From Podarcis tiliguerta (taxonomy: Eukaryota): 64,000 nucleotides of DNA. The translations under genes and the position numbers were made by a program. Positions 41,347 through 56,355 of the stretch are shown in pieces. The notes under the pieces were generated by a model. That model searched no databases and was not told the origin of the DNA. It was given only the letters and a program-made list of their open reading frames with translations. Location of the stretch: assembly GCA_965153285.1 (NCBI GenBank), contig OZ229113.1, one strand, 5' to 3'. Numbering within the stretch: position 1 is the stretch's first letter; each line of letters begins with the position of its first letter.

Positions 41347-42304
41347 TTAGAAGACCACAGTTCCTTAAGTATGCTATTTATTACATTTCCTCATTCATTG
41401 CCCTTCATGTTGCTACATCAGGAAATTCAGTTAATCAAACATCTTAGATAGTTCTTCAACAATTGCCAGTCCCTTGGCTAAAATGATGTACTATATTAAT
41501 TTTTAATGTTATGTATTTCATTTTCAATAAAAGATCATATTTCGGGAGAGGGGGCGCCAAGCAAAGCAATGCTGGCCCCAATCCGTTTCAGAGCCAGTAT
41601 CTGAAGAAATGCCCACTTCCACATAAACCAGACTAAATGCCTCTGGTAGCCCCTGCCTTCAGAGGCTGGGAGAGAAGCAGCCAGATAAAGGGCCTTCACA
41701 GCTGTGGCTCCCAATCCGTAGAGCACTCATCCAGCGCAGAATTGTGTATTGCCAGGTAAAAGGGAGTCTCGTATAAAGACCCAAGCAAACAGATCTGTTA
41801 AATTCGCCTTGCTGCTTCAAAGTAATAGTTTATAAATGTTCGAGTTACAACCCACCATGAGAGCTCTAGAAATTGAAGGACAACCATTTTTCACCTAAGA
41901 TCTCCGCTGCTGATTAATAATAAAAATTAACTATTTTGATGGTGCTTAATAATGGAATCTTAAGATTTGTGTTACACCAAGCACCTTCTGCTGAGTAGGC
42001 TTGATATATGGGCCATACTCCACTAAAATATCATTTCCCCAGAGCCAGCGAGGGCAGTGGTTTCAATTTTTTATCACGCTGCTCCATGTGTCCTCTTTTA
42101 AAAGCAACCTCTCCTGGCTAGTAATTACTATTCTTCTCATCCTGAAGAAAGGAAGAGCACTGTCTTCCACTGAAGGGCTAAAGGGAGGAATACAGAAGTA
42201 AAATATTATACTGCTATATGGAAGTCAGGTATTTTGCTTTGACGTTGGGTATCATTCCAGCTCATCTACATGACACCTTACTGCTTAGGGATTAACTCAA
42301 CTTA

Positions 42305-42484
<180 letters not shown>

Positions 42485-42780
42485 TTAAGGCAAGGTAAGG
42501 AAGCTGTATGTTCAAAATACCAAGAGCATGGGTAAGACATATTCCTGAGTGCTCTCCAATTACAAAAACGTTTAATTACAGCTGTAGCTGAACTGTAAAG
42601 CAGCATTCAAGAAATTTTGCACACAGGCGTATAATGACATCCACCCTTTCCCACATTGAGGTAATTTGCCGTGTGCTTTGCAGGAATGGGAATATTTCAT
42701 GTGAATCTTTCACAACATGCCTCTGTTAACCAAAGATCTTCTGCACAAAACCAGTTCTAGTCTACTACTCAGTGTACTCA

Positions 42781-43029
<249 letters not shown>

Positions 43030-43056
43030 CTAATGAAGATAAAGAGTCAGCCATCA

Positions 43057-43425
<369 letters not shown>

Positions 43426-43518
43426 TTACTAGTCAAGCTAGCTGCATGCAGATTAAAGAAAAATATTCAAATATAGGAGAAAACAAGGAGGAAAAGTCTG
43501 AAGCTTTTCCTCCACCTA

Positions 43519-43746
<228 letters not shown>

Positions 43747-43793
43747 TCAGTATGAGAGACAATTAAATAATGAATCCACCCCCATTAGACTTA

Positions 43794-44099
<306 letters not shown>

Positions 44100-44138
44100 T
44101 TAGGATTTCCAAGATTCCATGTTAATATGCTGCTGTCA

Positions 44139-44333
<195 letters not shown>

Positions 44334-44635
44334 CTATGGGAACAAAATTTAGTTTTAGAATTCAAGACTTGAGATATCAAGTTCCTAGGAGCACAATACC
44401 ACAGGGCTGGCTAATCTACAGGCCTCATGTGCCCATCCCCCTTGCCCTGGGATTTTTGCAGATTCCCTCACCCCAATTTTTTTTTTTGTTCTTTTAAGAT
44501 TTTTTTGGGGGGGGGAATCAGTGACCACTACTGCTGTGATTATGCGATACATGTAAGTTTTTTAACTACCCACCCAATTTTCCTCTTTTAAAAGTTAGTA
44601 ATTTGTCACTCGCACCTTCAGCTCCTGTATTGTTA

Positions 44636-44833
<198 letters not shown>

Positions 44834-45099
44834 TTATTTCTCAACGCAATCTGCTACCCAAGTGTTTACACCTTTTACTCTGCTCTTTCCATAAAGGTTT
44901 TTAAAGGTTGTGGTCTGAATCCTGCAGTGTTCATGACTGCACCCAGGTAGGAGAACCACAAGCTGTGCCAGTAACTATTAGCATCACAGCTATTCTAGCA
45001 GAGTGACTGTCATCATAATCAAGATGCTGGCTACAACTGAACCTAGACCTACTCTGGGTAATTCTGTGCAAACTCCATCCTGATGTGTAAACTTATTTG

Positions 45100-45720
45100 A
45101 TGGCAGTGTCTTAAAATCAATTCACCTTCTGTTATGGTGGAACCTGTTCTAGATGGGGTTCATCCCCCCTGAAAGAGATGCACTGTCTGGGAGTACTTCT
45201 GGATCCATTACTGTCACAGCAGGCACAAGTGGCCTTAGTGGACCAGTGCCTCCAACGGTTAGCCTGGTGGACAGCCAACTAGCATGGCCTGGAGAGGGAA
45301 GGCCCAGTTTCTTAGTCTATGTTACAGCAACCTCTGGGATAGATTACTGCAATGTGTTATGTGGGGCTGCCTTTGAAGACAGTCTAGAAACTGCAACTAG
45401 TGCAGAATTCAGCAACCAGATTGCTGCCTGGAACTACATCTGAACATACAACACCAGCAACCGCACTACAGGTTGACTACAGGTTTCTGGGTGGGCTCCA
45501 TTCAAAGTGCTGGTTTTCACCTAACGCTGTACACACATCTTATTGTCCTTTTTTCTGTGCTTCCTGAGAAGAGAGATGAGGAGGGTCGCAACACAAGAAA
45601 GGCCTTTTCAGTGGTAGCCCCCTAGGTGTGGAATGTTGGGGAGAGGTGCCTGGCACAATTATCAACTTTTAGGCAGTAGGCCAACATTTCGTCATTTACC
45701 CTGGCATTTGATTCTTATAT
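45100..45720 (+). mobile_element. old L2 LINE RT fragment in DDX3X intron 8
   Basis: Degenerate IDYCN.L..GLPLKT..KLQLVQN motif across frames. Confidence 0.75.
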
Positions 45721-45953
45721 GCTATAATGGTACCCTAGCCTGCTTTAATATTTATCTTTTAGTGCAAAAAAAAATCCATCCTTTCTACAATATTGCAGGA
45801 TGATTGCTTTTAGTAAATTATGTTGCTTTATGTAGCAAGCAATGAATAAATGTAATAAAGGGTATATTTGTACTCAAGATCTACATTTTTCAGCAATGTA
45901 ACAGAGATGGCAATGCGCACAGTGCTAAAGTGAAGTACTGTATTGTTTGTTTA

Positions 45954-46061
<108 letters not shown>

Positions 46062-46312
46062 TTAAAAAAAAGAGAGACATTTAATCTTGAAAGCAATGCA
46101 AAAACATTTTCATTCCATAAATCCCACCCAAATGTTATGCTCCATCCATCCTGTACTCATTTCAAGTTAATCTGAAACTGGCATTAAATTTAGGGTGGTA
46201 TTTTAAATCCTAATATACGTTTTACCAAATTATCAGTGTCCATGTTGTGCTAGAGTCAACTGCCAGTAAAGGGAACGGCCTATCCCTCACTATGTGCACC
46301 CAAGAACCCTCA

Positions 46313-46564
<252 letters not shown>

Positions 46565-47017
46565 TTACACTCATAAGAGGGGAAGGCAGAGGATAGGCGG
46601 AGAATTGCCCCTCATTTTCCAGCATCTTGCTAAAAGGCTGGATACCAACAAGTCTTGCAGTGGGCTAATGCAGATGGAAGAAACTTCCCATCTTCCTCAC
46701 CAACCCATTTGATTCTTATGTAAGATAGCATGTCCCCTTCCTTTCTTGGTATCCCCTTTTGTTTATGCTTAATACAAAGGCAGCAAAGCATATTTCTCAA
46801 AGCCTAAGATAAAAATATAGTGTGCTGCTGGAGGCAAGGAGAGTTATGTTCCTCCTCCAACATCCTGCATTCATTCATCTGCATGCAATTCCATGTTGCC
46901 TATAGCAATCACATAGATTATTAAAGACAAAGACTTTTAAGTAAAGTGTCCCTTTTGAAGGACCATCAGATCCACAATGCTAATTTAAATGTATAAAAGT
47001 AGTCCCTTGGTATTCTA

Positions 47018-47185
<168 letters not shown>

Positions 47186-47241
47186 TCACACAGCACTGAA
47201 TACCTGACTTACAGACCACCAGATCCCACTGCTAGTACTTA

Positions 47242-47418
<177 letters not shown>

Positions 47419-48176
47419 TTACATGAAATTACACTAAAACCAGTTTTCATGACAGTTTCTGTGATGTGATGTACTAAACACACTAATGAAGCTGCCTGGC
47501 TGCTAGGCAGCTTCAAAGTATTTCATGATATAATTAAACAATAAATCCATATAACACCACAGCTATCTATTTCCCAAGATTTGACATCCCCTTGAGAAGG
47601 ATATATTACCCCAATATTTCAACTGTCTCATATATGAGGCATGTGGACAGAATACCAATGAAATCTGAGGTGGCACACCTGTTCAGATTGCATTTTAATC
47701 CACGTTGGGAATTGGACTATCATTTAACTCCTCTACTGCTCTCACAACACAATTCTGCCACATCCCCTTAACGCCCCAGCCTCCTGGTCCTTCATCGAAC
47801 AAGGAGAAGGCTTACTGAAAGAGCTCCTTCCAATCCCAGATATATTCCTTAACTGCAAAGTTGCTCTAAATTGTCATTCCCCTGTCTTTCTGCTGGGGCC
47901 TATGTGCTAATGCTAAGAAGGCAGGAGGACTTCTATTATATGGATGTAAACTTCAGAAGTCCTACAGCAGTAAGTTGGTGGAAATGAGAGGGTAGCCCTA
48001 TACACATAAAAATTAACATGCTGCAGTCAATGCAAGCCTAAGAGCTACAAAGCAGGCTTTCAACACAAAAAGCACATGTCTTAACCTCAGTCAGTTCTCC
48101 CCTATTTCTACAGATTACTGAATGTTTTACAGTGGTGGCATTCACATTTTTAATGGGAAAAGAGCTACATTTTTAC

Positions 48177-48303
48177 CTTCCTCTTGAACCATTACCACGC
48201 TCAGCAAAAAAGCTTGATTTTCCTGATCCACGGTCACTCCTTGCACCAAAGCTACTGTATGCAGCATCCCTGTCTCGGCCAGCATTCCACCCACCATCAA
48301 ATC
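48177..48303 (-). CDS. DDX3X: DDX3X exon 4
   Basis: GFDGGWNAGRDRDAAYSSFGARSDRGSGKSSFFAERGNGSRGR; phase 1-2. Confidence 0.94.
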
Positions 48304-49261
48304 CTAGGAATAATAAAATCACCAATGAAATCACTGATTGGGTAGATGCTCAGTGTAAAGATACAAAATCCCTCAAACCATCACCATGAAAATGTTTGAG
48401 TAATTAGCAGCCTGTCTTAAGAGAAATTCCCATATTTTATTGCACATTTTAAATCAAGGAAAGGCACTGAAATCGGGTGTTTTACTGCCAATATTTCAAG
48501 ATGGCAGAGTTTAAAAAGCTGGTCCAGGGTGATCATGTAGCAAATTATATTCAAGAGGCAGCAGCCGATGATTCTCTCGAGCTGCAGCAAACCCCAAAAG
48601 CAAAGCCTAGAAATGTCCATTAGGACCCTGCCTACTTTTGTGCCCATGGCGTTGTAGTAGAGTATGGCCATTAGGCAACTTTTCGTGAATTATGTCATTA
48701 TCTTATTCTAGTTACATTTAATTTGTCTCAAGAAAAAAAATGGCAACCTGGGCTGAAAATGAGACCTTCCCGGAGTCCATCAATGTGTCCACAGGTACAC
48801 TGAAGCAAAGATGATGAAATAGAAAGCAGTGAAAAGACCTGGAGACTGATGGTATTTCCTGACAGGCAAAATCTGGAGTCGGTGGTAACTGGTATAATGA
48901 GGCCACTCAGTGAGAAGCTTCACTGTTCTTGAGACATTCGTATGGCTCTTTTATTTGGATAACTATACAACTCCAGAATTCTACGGTAGTATCCTATAGC
49001 TGTAACTATAATTAAGGCTCCAGGATCCATATTCAAATAACCAACAAGAATGAGTACTAATTCTGTAGCTTTCCAGCTGAGGGCAAAACAGCTCTGCAAA
49101 TGGTACTTGATAAACAAAGCCTCAAACTTCCCTAAGAAGACTCAACCTATGCTACTATAACCTGATCTAAGCTCTCTAGAAAGAAGCTGTCTTTATTGTC
49201 GAGAGCAGCAGTGGACACTCAGGTTTTGTTGGATGAAAGGTGCCAGGTCTCCCTCGCCCAC

Positions 49262-49393
49262 CTCTGTCATCACGTCCAGATCCTCCTCTGGATCCAAACA
49301 CACCACGATCACGATCGTAGCCATTCATCCGGCTGTCACGATCATATCCATTCATATAGCCATTACCTCCACGAGAGTCCCAGCTGGGGGAAT
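49262..49393 (-). CDS. DDX3X: DDX3X extra in-frame exon in intron 3 (44 codons, RG/YD-rich)
   Basis: DSPSWDSRGGNGYMNGYDRDSRMNGYDRDRGVFGSRGGSGRDDRG; ctgccaaag acceptor, GAG|gtgggc donor; phase 1-1. Confidence 0.85.
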
Positions 49394-51809
49394 CTTTGGC
49401 AGAGAATAAAAAGTTACAAAATTAAAGGGTAAAATGCGCTAGCAAGTTCTTGCAAGCTCCACAGCATCAGTGCGACTTTTGCTGCCAGAAATTTACATGA
49501 AAGGCTCCTTTCTGGGAAAAGCAGAGTAGTGTTGGGCCTAAATTCTTGATTAGAAATGCAAGCCTTCGCCTGACATGGATGCTGCATTGTGAACCACTTT
49601 ACAAAGCTGCAAACCAGGTTTTATAGAAAGTTGTGTATTTAGTTAAGCCAAGAGATTATTTTTTTAAAAAAGAAACTAATGCAGTGATTCGTATGTGTGT
49701 TAGTTTTGTGTATCAATACTCGCTGCCATGCTGAAAATAGAAGCATGTCCTAAAGAAAGCTAGTCAAACCGAATGAAGCAAGATTCAAGATCCTGTGCTA
49801 AACTTGGCAAATATATATTTTATTATGAATGGAATGACGACAGACCAGTCAACGATGAGTGTTGTATTATTTTGATTACAAATCCTGCTTCCTAGTAAGA
49901 GCAGATTGCAGTATAAAGTTCATAAAATGATGTTTGAGTCTAAGCCAGTTTAGTGATGCAAATGAACCTTGGTGAGCCTTGGGCTCACACACTTTCCTTG
50001 ACACGCTAACAAGGAGTTCGAGAAGGCTTCAACTTATATTTGTGCTTGACCACAACTTGTTATGCCTGGGGTGGCCACTGTGGTACTCTGGAGGACATCC
50101 ATTAGAATTTGTGCCATTGATATGTTTGTGATAGTGGGAAGCACCAGATCTGCATTTTTTACTGTGCAGTCTCACACTGCAATCTTTATTCTCATGGTCA
50201 TTTTTTGGGTATCTGTTTTTTTCTACTGGATCCAATGTTTACTCAAGTCAAAATGTGTGCTTTCTGTCTGCAGGGGGAGATGGAAAGAGATGAAAAAGAA
50301 GCAACCAGAGGTGGTGACGCCCACAGAACTCTCATCATTCCAAATGTGCCCAATAGCCCCAAAAGATTGGTATCAATGCTAGATGTCCAAACTGGTGAAT
50401 ATAAACTACAAAACCATTTGCAACACGCCAAGTTGAAACCAGAATTAGCATTAACAGGCTTGTCAATTTGGACATAAACTGCACTTAACAGAAAAGAAGT
50501 CTTTACTCCTGTTGATGGCTGCACACCAAAGGAAGCACGAGAAGGAAGTGTACGAGTCCAAGGCTTGCTTGCATCACACTTAACTGTGATTTAGCATGAT
50601 ATCCAAACTATCCCACTGTTACCTTAGGGGGTTGTATTGATTCTTCAATTCCCAGATGATGCTAACTACTTAAGCCCTAGTAAGAATATTGTTCACTACA
50701 AGGTTTCTGTTCACTACAAGATCCTTCCACTGAGACACGTTTGGTACTTCCAAGATGCTGAATTTATTTGTCTGACTAGCAGAGCAATTGAACCTCTGTC
50801 CAGGCAGCTGCAGGGTTTAGCAGAGCCACTGCCACACCCACAGCACTGTCACTCACACTGGTCAGCTTGGAAGGCAAGAGCAGAGTTGTTTGTTGTAGCT
50901 ATCAGGACCAATGCAATCAGTTGACAACAATGGGGTCAGTTCAGGATCCAGCAGATCCCAAGCCAGCTGAATTACCCTGATCCCTCCCCAGTTGGGGACT
51001 TTTTATGAGCTGGTGGAGTGAAGCTTGCTGACAGTACTCCTACCAGTGAACATTTTCAGTGGGTGAATAGGGAATCTGCACCGCCAGAGCAGATTGATCT
51101 GGACTCACAAGAGAGCCCCCTGCCACCACAGTAGATTAGGGAGTTGGACAGCACCCTAACATTTACAATTTACTGTACATGTATTTGTTTTTTAAGAAGT
51201 TCTAGAAAAATTGTTTGTTCACCACAGTTAAAAAGATTTTACATCTCTAGATTGGATGAAGTAAGATTCTGCTCCATCTAATTGTTATTCTTTAACATTC
51301 CAAAAACCTGAAGTTTTTGTTAGATTTCAAAATGCCAAGTTCTACTAAGTTACTTAGAACAAGCTATTCTAAATACTTCAAATACTTATCCAACCTATAG
51401 GCAACCAAAATGCAAAAGAACTGAAAAAAGCAACATGACATCTGTTGGAATAATAGTTTTCAAAGATGTAGTACATTAGGCTAATATGTAAACTTATATA
51501 AGTTCTGTGAATCTGCTTAGAGAACCTGTCCAAGGACTATGGGGAGAAGTTCATAGATTTTTTTAATTGGGAAATTCTTTAAATTGGATTAAGCACACAA
51601 CCCCTCCATTAATTAAGGAAAATAAATTATTGGTATTTAAGTTCAGAGTATATTGTGTTATTTCCTTCCATATTTAAAAAGATTTTATTAGGTGTCTAAA
51701 ATTCTACATCCAAACAGAATGGTTATTAATGGCTACTAGTTACAGTAGCTATTTACTACCTCCAAGTACTGTATCAAGAGGAAAGAACTAGAATTGGTGC
51801 GCTAAGCTT

Positions 51810-51910
51810 CTGCTTGTTGGCTTCGCATAGGCATTAGGTTGGCCAATGTGAGAGCAGGATGCTGGACTAGATAAGCCTTTGCACCGATCCAGAAGGGCTC
51901 TTCTTATACC
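51810..51910 (+). mobile_element. CR1 LINE 3' end
   Basis: ggttggcca...caggatgctggactagat...gatccag...gctcttcttat. Confidence 0.7.
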
Positions 51911-52653
51911 TTATTCACACCCGACAGCACTGCACACTATTCAGCTTCAACATGTAACTAAATAAACTGTGGGGCATGGTAAACTTGCTAGAAAATTAGC
52001 ACTAAAAAGGCTTGGTTAACTTTCAAGTGTCTTGTAGGCCAGCTACTTTTATGCCTTGTTTAATAAATCAGAAGATCCAAAAAAACACAATTCCAGCACT
52101 TGCCAGACCTGAGTATTAGGATTGTTGTAGGTTTAAATTTTATAAGGTACAGAATTGGAAACCTTTCCTTGTCTTTTTCAGTCTATCCATTAGAAGCGAC
52201 AAAAGCTTGCTCAGGTACAAAGTGCAACTGAAGTTGTTTCCTTAATGTGTAGTTTTCCTTAAACACAGTAAGCCAGTAGATTAAGCCCACAATTTATGCA
52301 GAATTTACGTTCCAGGGATTGCATCTAAAGCCAAATTCAAAACACATTGGGTTCAATAGCGGGTGGGATTGCCAAATAAATGTTTTCTTGAACCCCGCTC
52401 CCTTTTTATTTTTTGCCACGCATGTAAAGCTGAATGCATAATAGTTAACTGTGTGTAAGTTGTGGGTTTACTGTATTCAAATTAATCCTAAAAAAGTTAA
52501 AGTTGCAGGCAAAGGAAACATGCCTGACAATGAGCGTAAAGGAACAAATGCTCACACAGTTAGTCGACTGCAAGTTATGACTATGCAATATGCTTAGAGG
52601 CATGCTCTCAAATGACAAATTTTTAAGACCACTCCATCCTGACACCAACTTAC

Positions 52654-52713
52654 AGCTTCTTGGTGGCATCGAATTGGAATAGTAGTTTGCCGCATAGTTA
52701 TAGGCATTACCTG
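52654..52713 (-). CDS. DDX3X: DDX3X second extra in-frame exon in intron 3 (57/60 nt, NAGNAG acceptor)
   Basis: (A)GNAYNYAANYYSNSMPPRS; acceptor ttttgcagcag, donor GCT|gtaagt; phase 1-1 with either AG. Confidence 0.7.
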
Positions 52714-55386
52714 CTGCAAAAGAGCCATAAAACTCCCAGCATTATAATTCACTCCATTTGAAATGCATAAAAAACTCAACATAATGGTACAGTAGACTTT
52801 CTTCAACCTGTAAAAGATATTTTACTCAAGCAACATAAAAATATCCGTGTGAAGATGTCAACTTTCCAGGCTTCCACATTCACAATCACTCACCAGCTCA
52901 CCTTTGGCGATGAGAGGGAAAGGGAACAAGAGCACTCTCTTGCCTCCTGGTGGCCAGGATAGGGGAACCCCGTCCTGCTGCCAAAGCACATGTACAGAGG
53001 GCTTAGGAATGGCAGGAGCCAGCCTCTCACCAGGTCAAGACACCCTGAGAAGCCAAGATAAACTCTCAACAGCTCCAAACAGTCCAGCACAAGGAATCCT
53101 TTCCCTCAAGAAAAGGGCAATGCATCTGATTCAACAGGTACTGTGCTACGTCACACTCAATAATTTATACAGCTGGGTTGCGCCCTAGTCCTACTCATAG
53201 TAGACCCATTGAAATAAACAAACATGGCTAACTTAGGTCCATTAATTTCTATGGATCTACTGAGAGAAACTCAGAATGAACCACATGTGTACAAGAGAGA
53301 ATAAGCTTTCCCCTGGGAAAAGTTCATTCTATCCTCTTGTGTTGGATAGTCCTTGGAAGCAGCAGGAATCACTCTTCAATGTTTCTAAGCATGTCCTTGT
53401 GAGGCAACAACTTCCAAATGCGAACGGACACCTGTATCAGTCTGCTGCAAAAATAAAGGAACTTGTGACATACTTGACCAATTGTGATAAGAGCTTCTGT
53501 GGATTTATGATACAACTCTATTGGTCTTTACAGTATCCATACCTACACGAGGAGAGAAGGGGTAAGGACAACTACAAATAGATGGATATCAATGCCATTC
53601 AGTATTTGTCAGCCCCAATACAACTGAGTTTTCTTGCAAAGAGCTGTTAATTTCTAATAAAAATTAGAATCTGTGAATTTGAACAAGCTTCATCTTATGC
53701 CCCTTGTTCTGCCACTATTCACAACTTCTATCAGTTGAGCAACGAAGTGGGCAGTGTCAAGTTGTCCTGACAATAAGCACCCTATACCTAAACTTTTCTA
53801 TCTAGTAGTTAGAATACTAGCAAAAGTAGTATCTGTACATTATTTCCCTGCTCCCAAATTCAGTAGCACTTCCAGATCGCTTTGCTGAACTGTGCAGAGA
53901 TCATGGTTCAATAAAGGACACAATATTCAATCTGCAGATATTTAGAGTAGGCTTGGAAACCTGCATCCCAGAAGATGCTGGACTTGCAACTTCTATCCCC
54001 TTCAGCCAAGCATGGCCAGAGTTGTAGACCAGTCAATATATGGAAGGCCATAGGTTCTCCACACCTGTTTTAAAAGACTTCTGGCAGCAAAGTAGGGAGA
54101 GACCTCTTAACTTTGAGAGCTACTTACCAACAAACCGATTTATAGTCACAGTAAATTAGTTTCTGGCTTTTACCCATGCAGATTTAAGCTAAAATACTGA
54201 AAGATCACAATTGCAAGTAGAACTCTTGGTGCCTCCCTGCCAGTCCACAAGCAAGGTAATTTTTGCAGAGGCATCTGAGGCAAGACAAGGTGTCACAGGT
54301 TGGGAGAGGGATGAGACCTGATGGTCTCCAGCACTTCCATCCTATTTGAATTAAGCCACATGGAGTAAAACACTAACTTACTCCCAGGTAAATGAGTACT
54401 GGATTGCAGCCCAAGTTTAGCTGTAGATCAGACACTACTAAGGCAGCATATTCCCCTATAGCATTGGAGAGTTGAATTTTTAGAGTACCACGATGCAATC
54501 TAGCAGGAGATTAAGAGCTTAATCAACCAACAGCTTAAAGCTCAAGAATCCTTGGACAAAGCTCTGTGTTCAAACTTCCCCATAAACAGGATTGATGGTT
54601 ACAGGCTACACATAGGGTTTTTCAGGGCATGGTATAGCCACCAACTTATTCGAATAGATTGTACCAAACTATTAGTAGAATGTGGAGGATTTTCACCAGT
54701 ACTCCATCAGCTCTACATTCCACCACATCCTTTCTAGATCTCCATAGGGTTAAGGAAACTTCCACAGCAGGTTTAGAGGGTATACAGGAACTGCTGAAAA
54801 TTGCTTCCAGTGTCAATCAAGATGATAGTACGGGTATACAGTCACCATTTATTTTACATTTTCATAATGTGTGTGGGCCACTCCCTTAAAAATTCTTTAT
54901 TGACACAGACTCTGATAATGGGGTGGATATTTCAATACAGGAATCACTGCCTGACTTCATGATTACTATAACTTTCAAAATGAGCAAACCATTCTCTTAT
55001 TCTGCTTGGATGCAAGCACTACATTTTACAACAGATTGCACTGTTACTTAAGTAGCTTTATTACTCAAGCCAAATATACAGCTCATCAATCAGCAGCTTA
55101 CTCTGACTTGCCTAGCTAACTACATTGAGCCCAAATATTTCCCGTACCCACTGTAGAATGAAGGAATCTAATTTTTGCCACAGACTTAATAAGGTGTTAC
55201 CTAAATGTGCACTCTTAATACCTTTCCCTACCTTCAAAAGCCTAGGTACTCATATGTCCAACCCCTTGTACCAAATCTCCCTGAATCTGAGCACCCAACA
55301 TTTTGAGGTTCTTGCAGTTCAATTCAGTTGTAACCCTATTTTTTTTAACCCTGATGCTCCATATATTCAAGTACCAACGAACATAC

Positions 55387-55437
55387 CCTGCTTTGAAGCT
55401 TCTCTATTCCGTAAGTGAGGAGGAATGTACCGGCCTT
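55387..55437 (-). CDS. DDX3X: DDX3X exon 3 (eIF4E-binding YIPPHL)
   Basis: KGRYIPPHLRNREASKQG; ttttcag acceptor, gtatgt donor. Confidence 0.96.
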
Positions 55438-56297
55438 CTGAAAATTGGAAAAAAAAGTTTCAAATTAAAACTTTATACAGCAAAGTCTGTTGCTCTTTTA
55501 TTGCCAAGATTGTTAACATCTTATGTTGTTTATTGATTAAACTTAGTCATTTTTGCTATAGCAACTATAAATAACTTACAGTATTTTAAGCAAAAAACCA
55601 AACCAACATGCACATTAAGAAGTGTTTAAGTACTCCCCATTTGGCGAATACTGTCCCCTAGGGACACCTAAATATATGTAATAAAGGTGCCAAATGAAAA
55701 CTGCTCTTCATGCAGGCATTTGGCTAATTAACATTCTATGGCTTTCCAAATGTGTTTGTGGGAAGTGGGTTATTGGTTTATTTTGCTTTGTAATGTATTT
55801 TGTATTCTCAGATGATATACAAATTTAATAAATAGTAACAACAATAACTGGAACATGCTGTCGCCTCACTATAGGAAATACATACATACCCCGTTTTAGC
55901 AGATGAAACAATTTATGTACTCTTGAGTAACACAATCACTAAATCCCTTTTGTTGATACCATGCTCATACTATTATGCACCAAAACGGTATGCAACTTGC
56001 AGTCTACTCCTTCAAGGTCTGCAGTTAATTAACTGATTAAGCAGACATCCATTTAAGGTTCTTAACATTCATTTTAAAGGCAAGTTTCTAGCATGGTAAT
56101 ACGTAATGTATAACAGATTTACATAGAATACCAATGAGATTTAGTAGTCTACAATTACAGTACTTGCAGGATGCCTTAGATCTGCTCTCTCAAGCATCAA
56201 AATCTGCCATTTTTCTACTATTGCACTGGACCAACATGCCATCAAATATTCTCTACTAGCTGCAGTAAGATGCTTTAATTCTGAATTATATACTTAC

Positions 56298-56355
56298 TGC
56301 TTGCTGTACCTCCTCCACTCTGATCGTCTGAAGAATTCAAGTCTAGACCAGCAAA
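56298..56355 (-). CDS. DDX3X: DDX3X exon 2
   Basis: FAGLDLNSSDDQSGGGTAS; 58 nt, gtaagt donor. Confidence 0.96.

Noticed and set aside
50480-50620. Possible intronic snoRNA in DDX3X intron 3
   Set aside because: A small hairpin is present but no convincing C/D or H/ACA box pair
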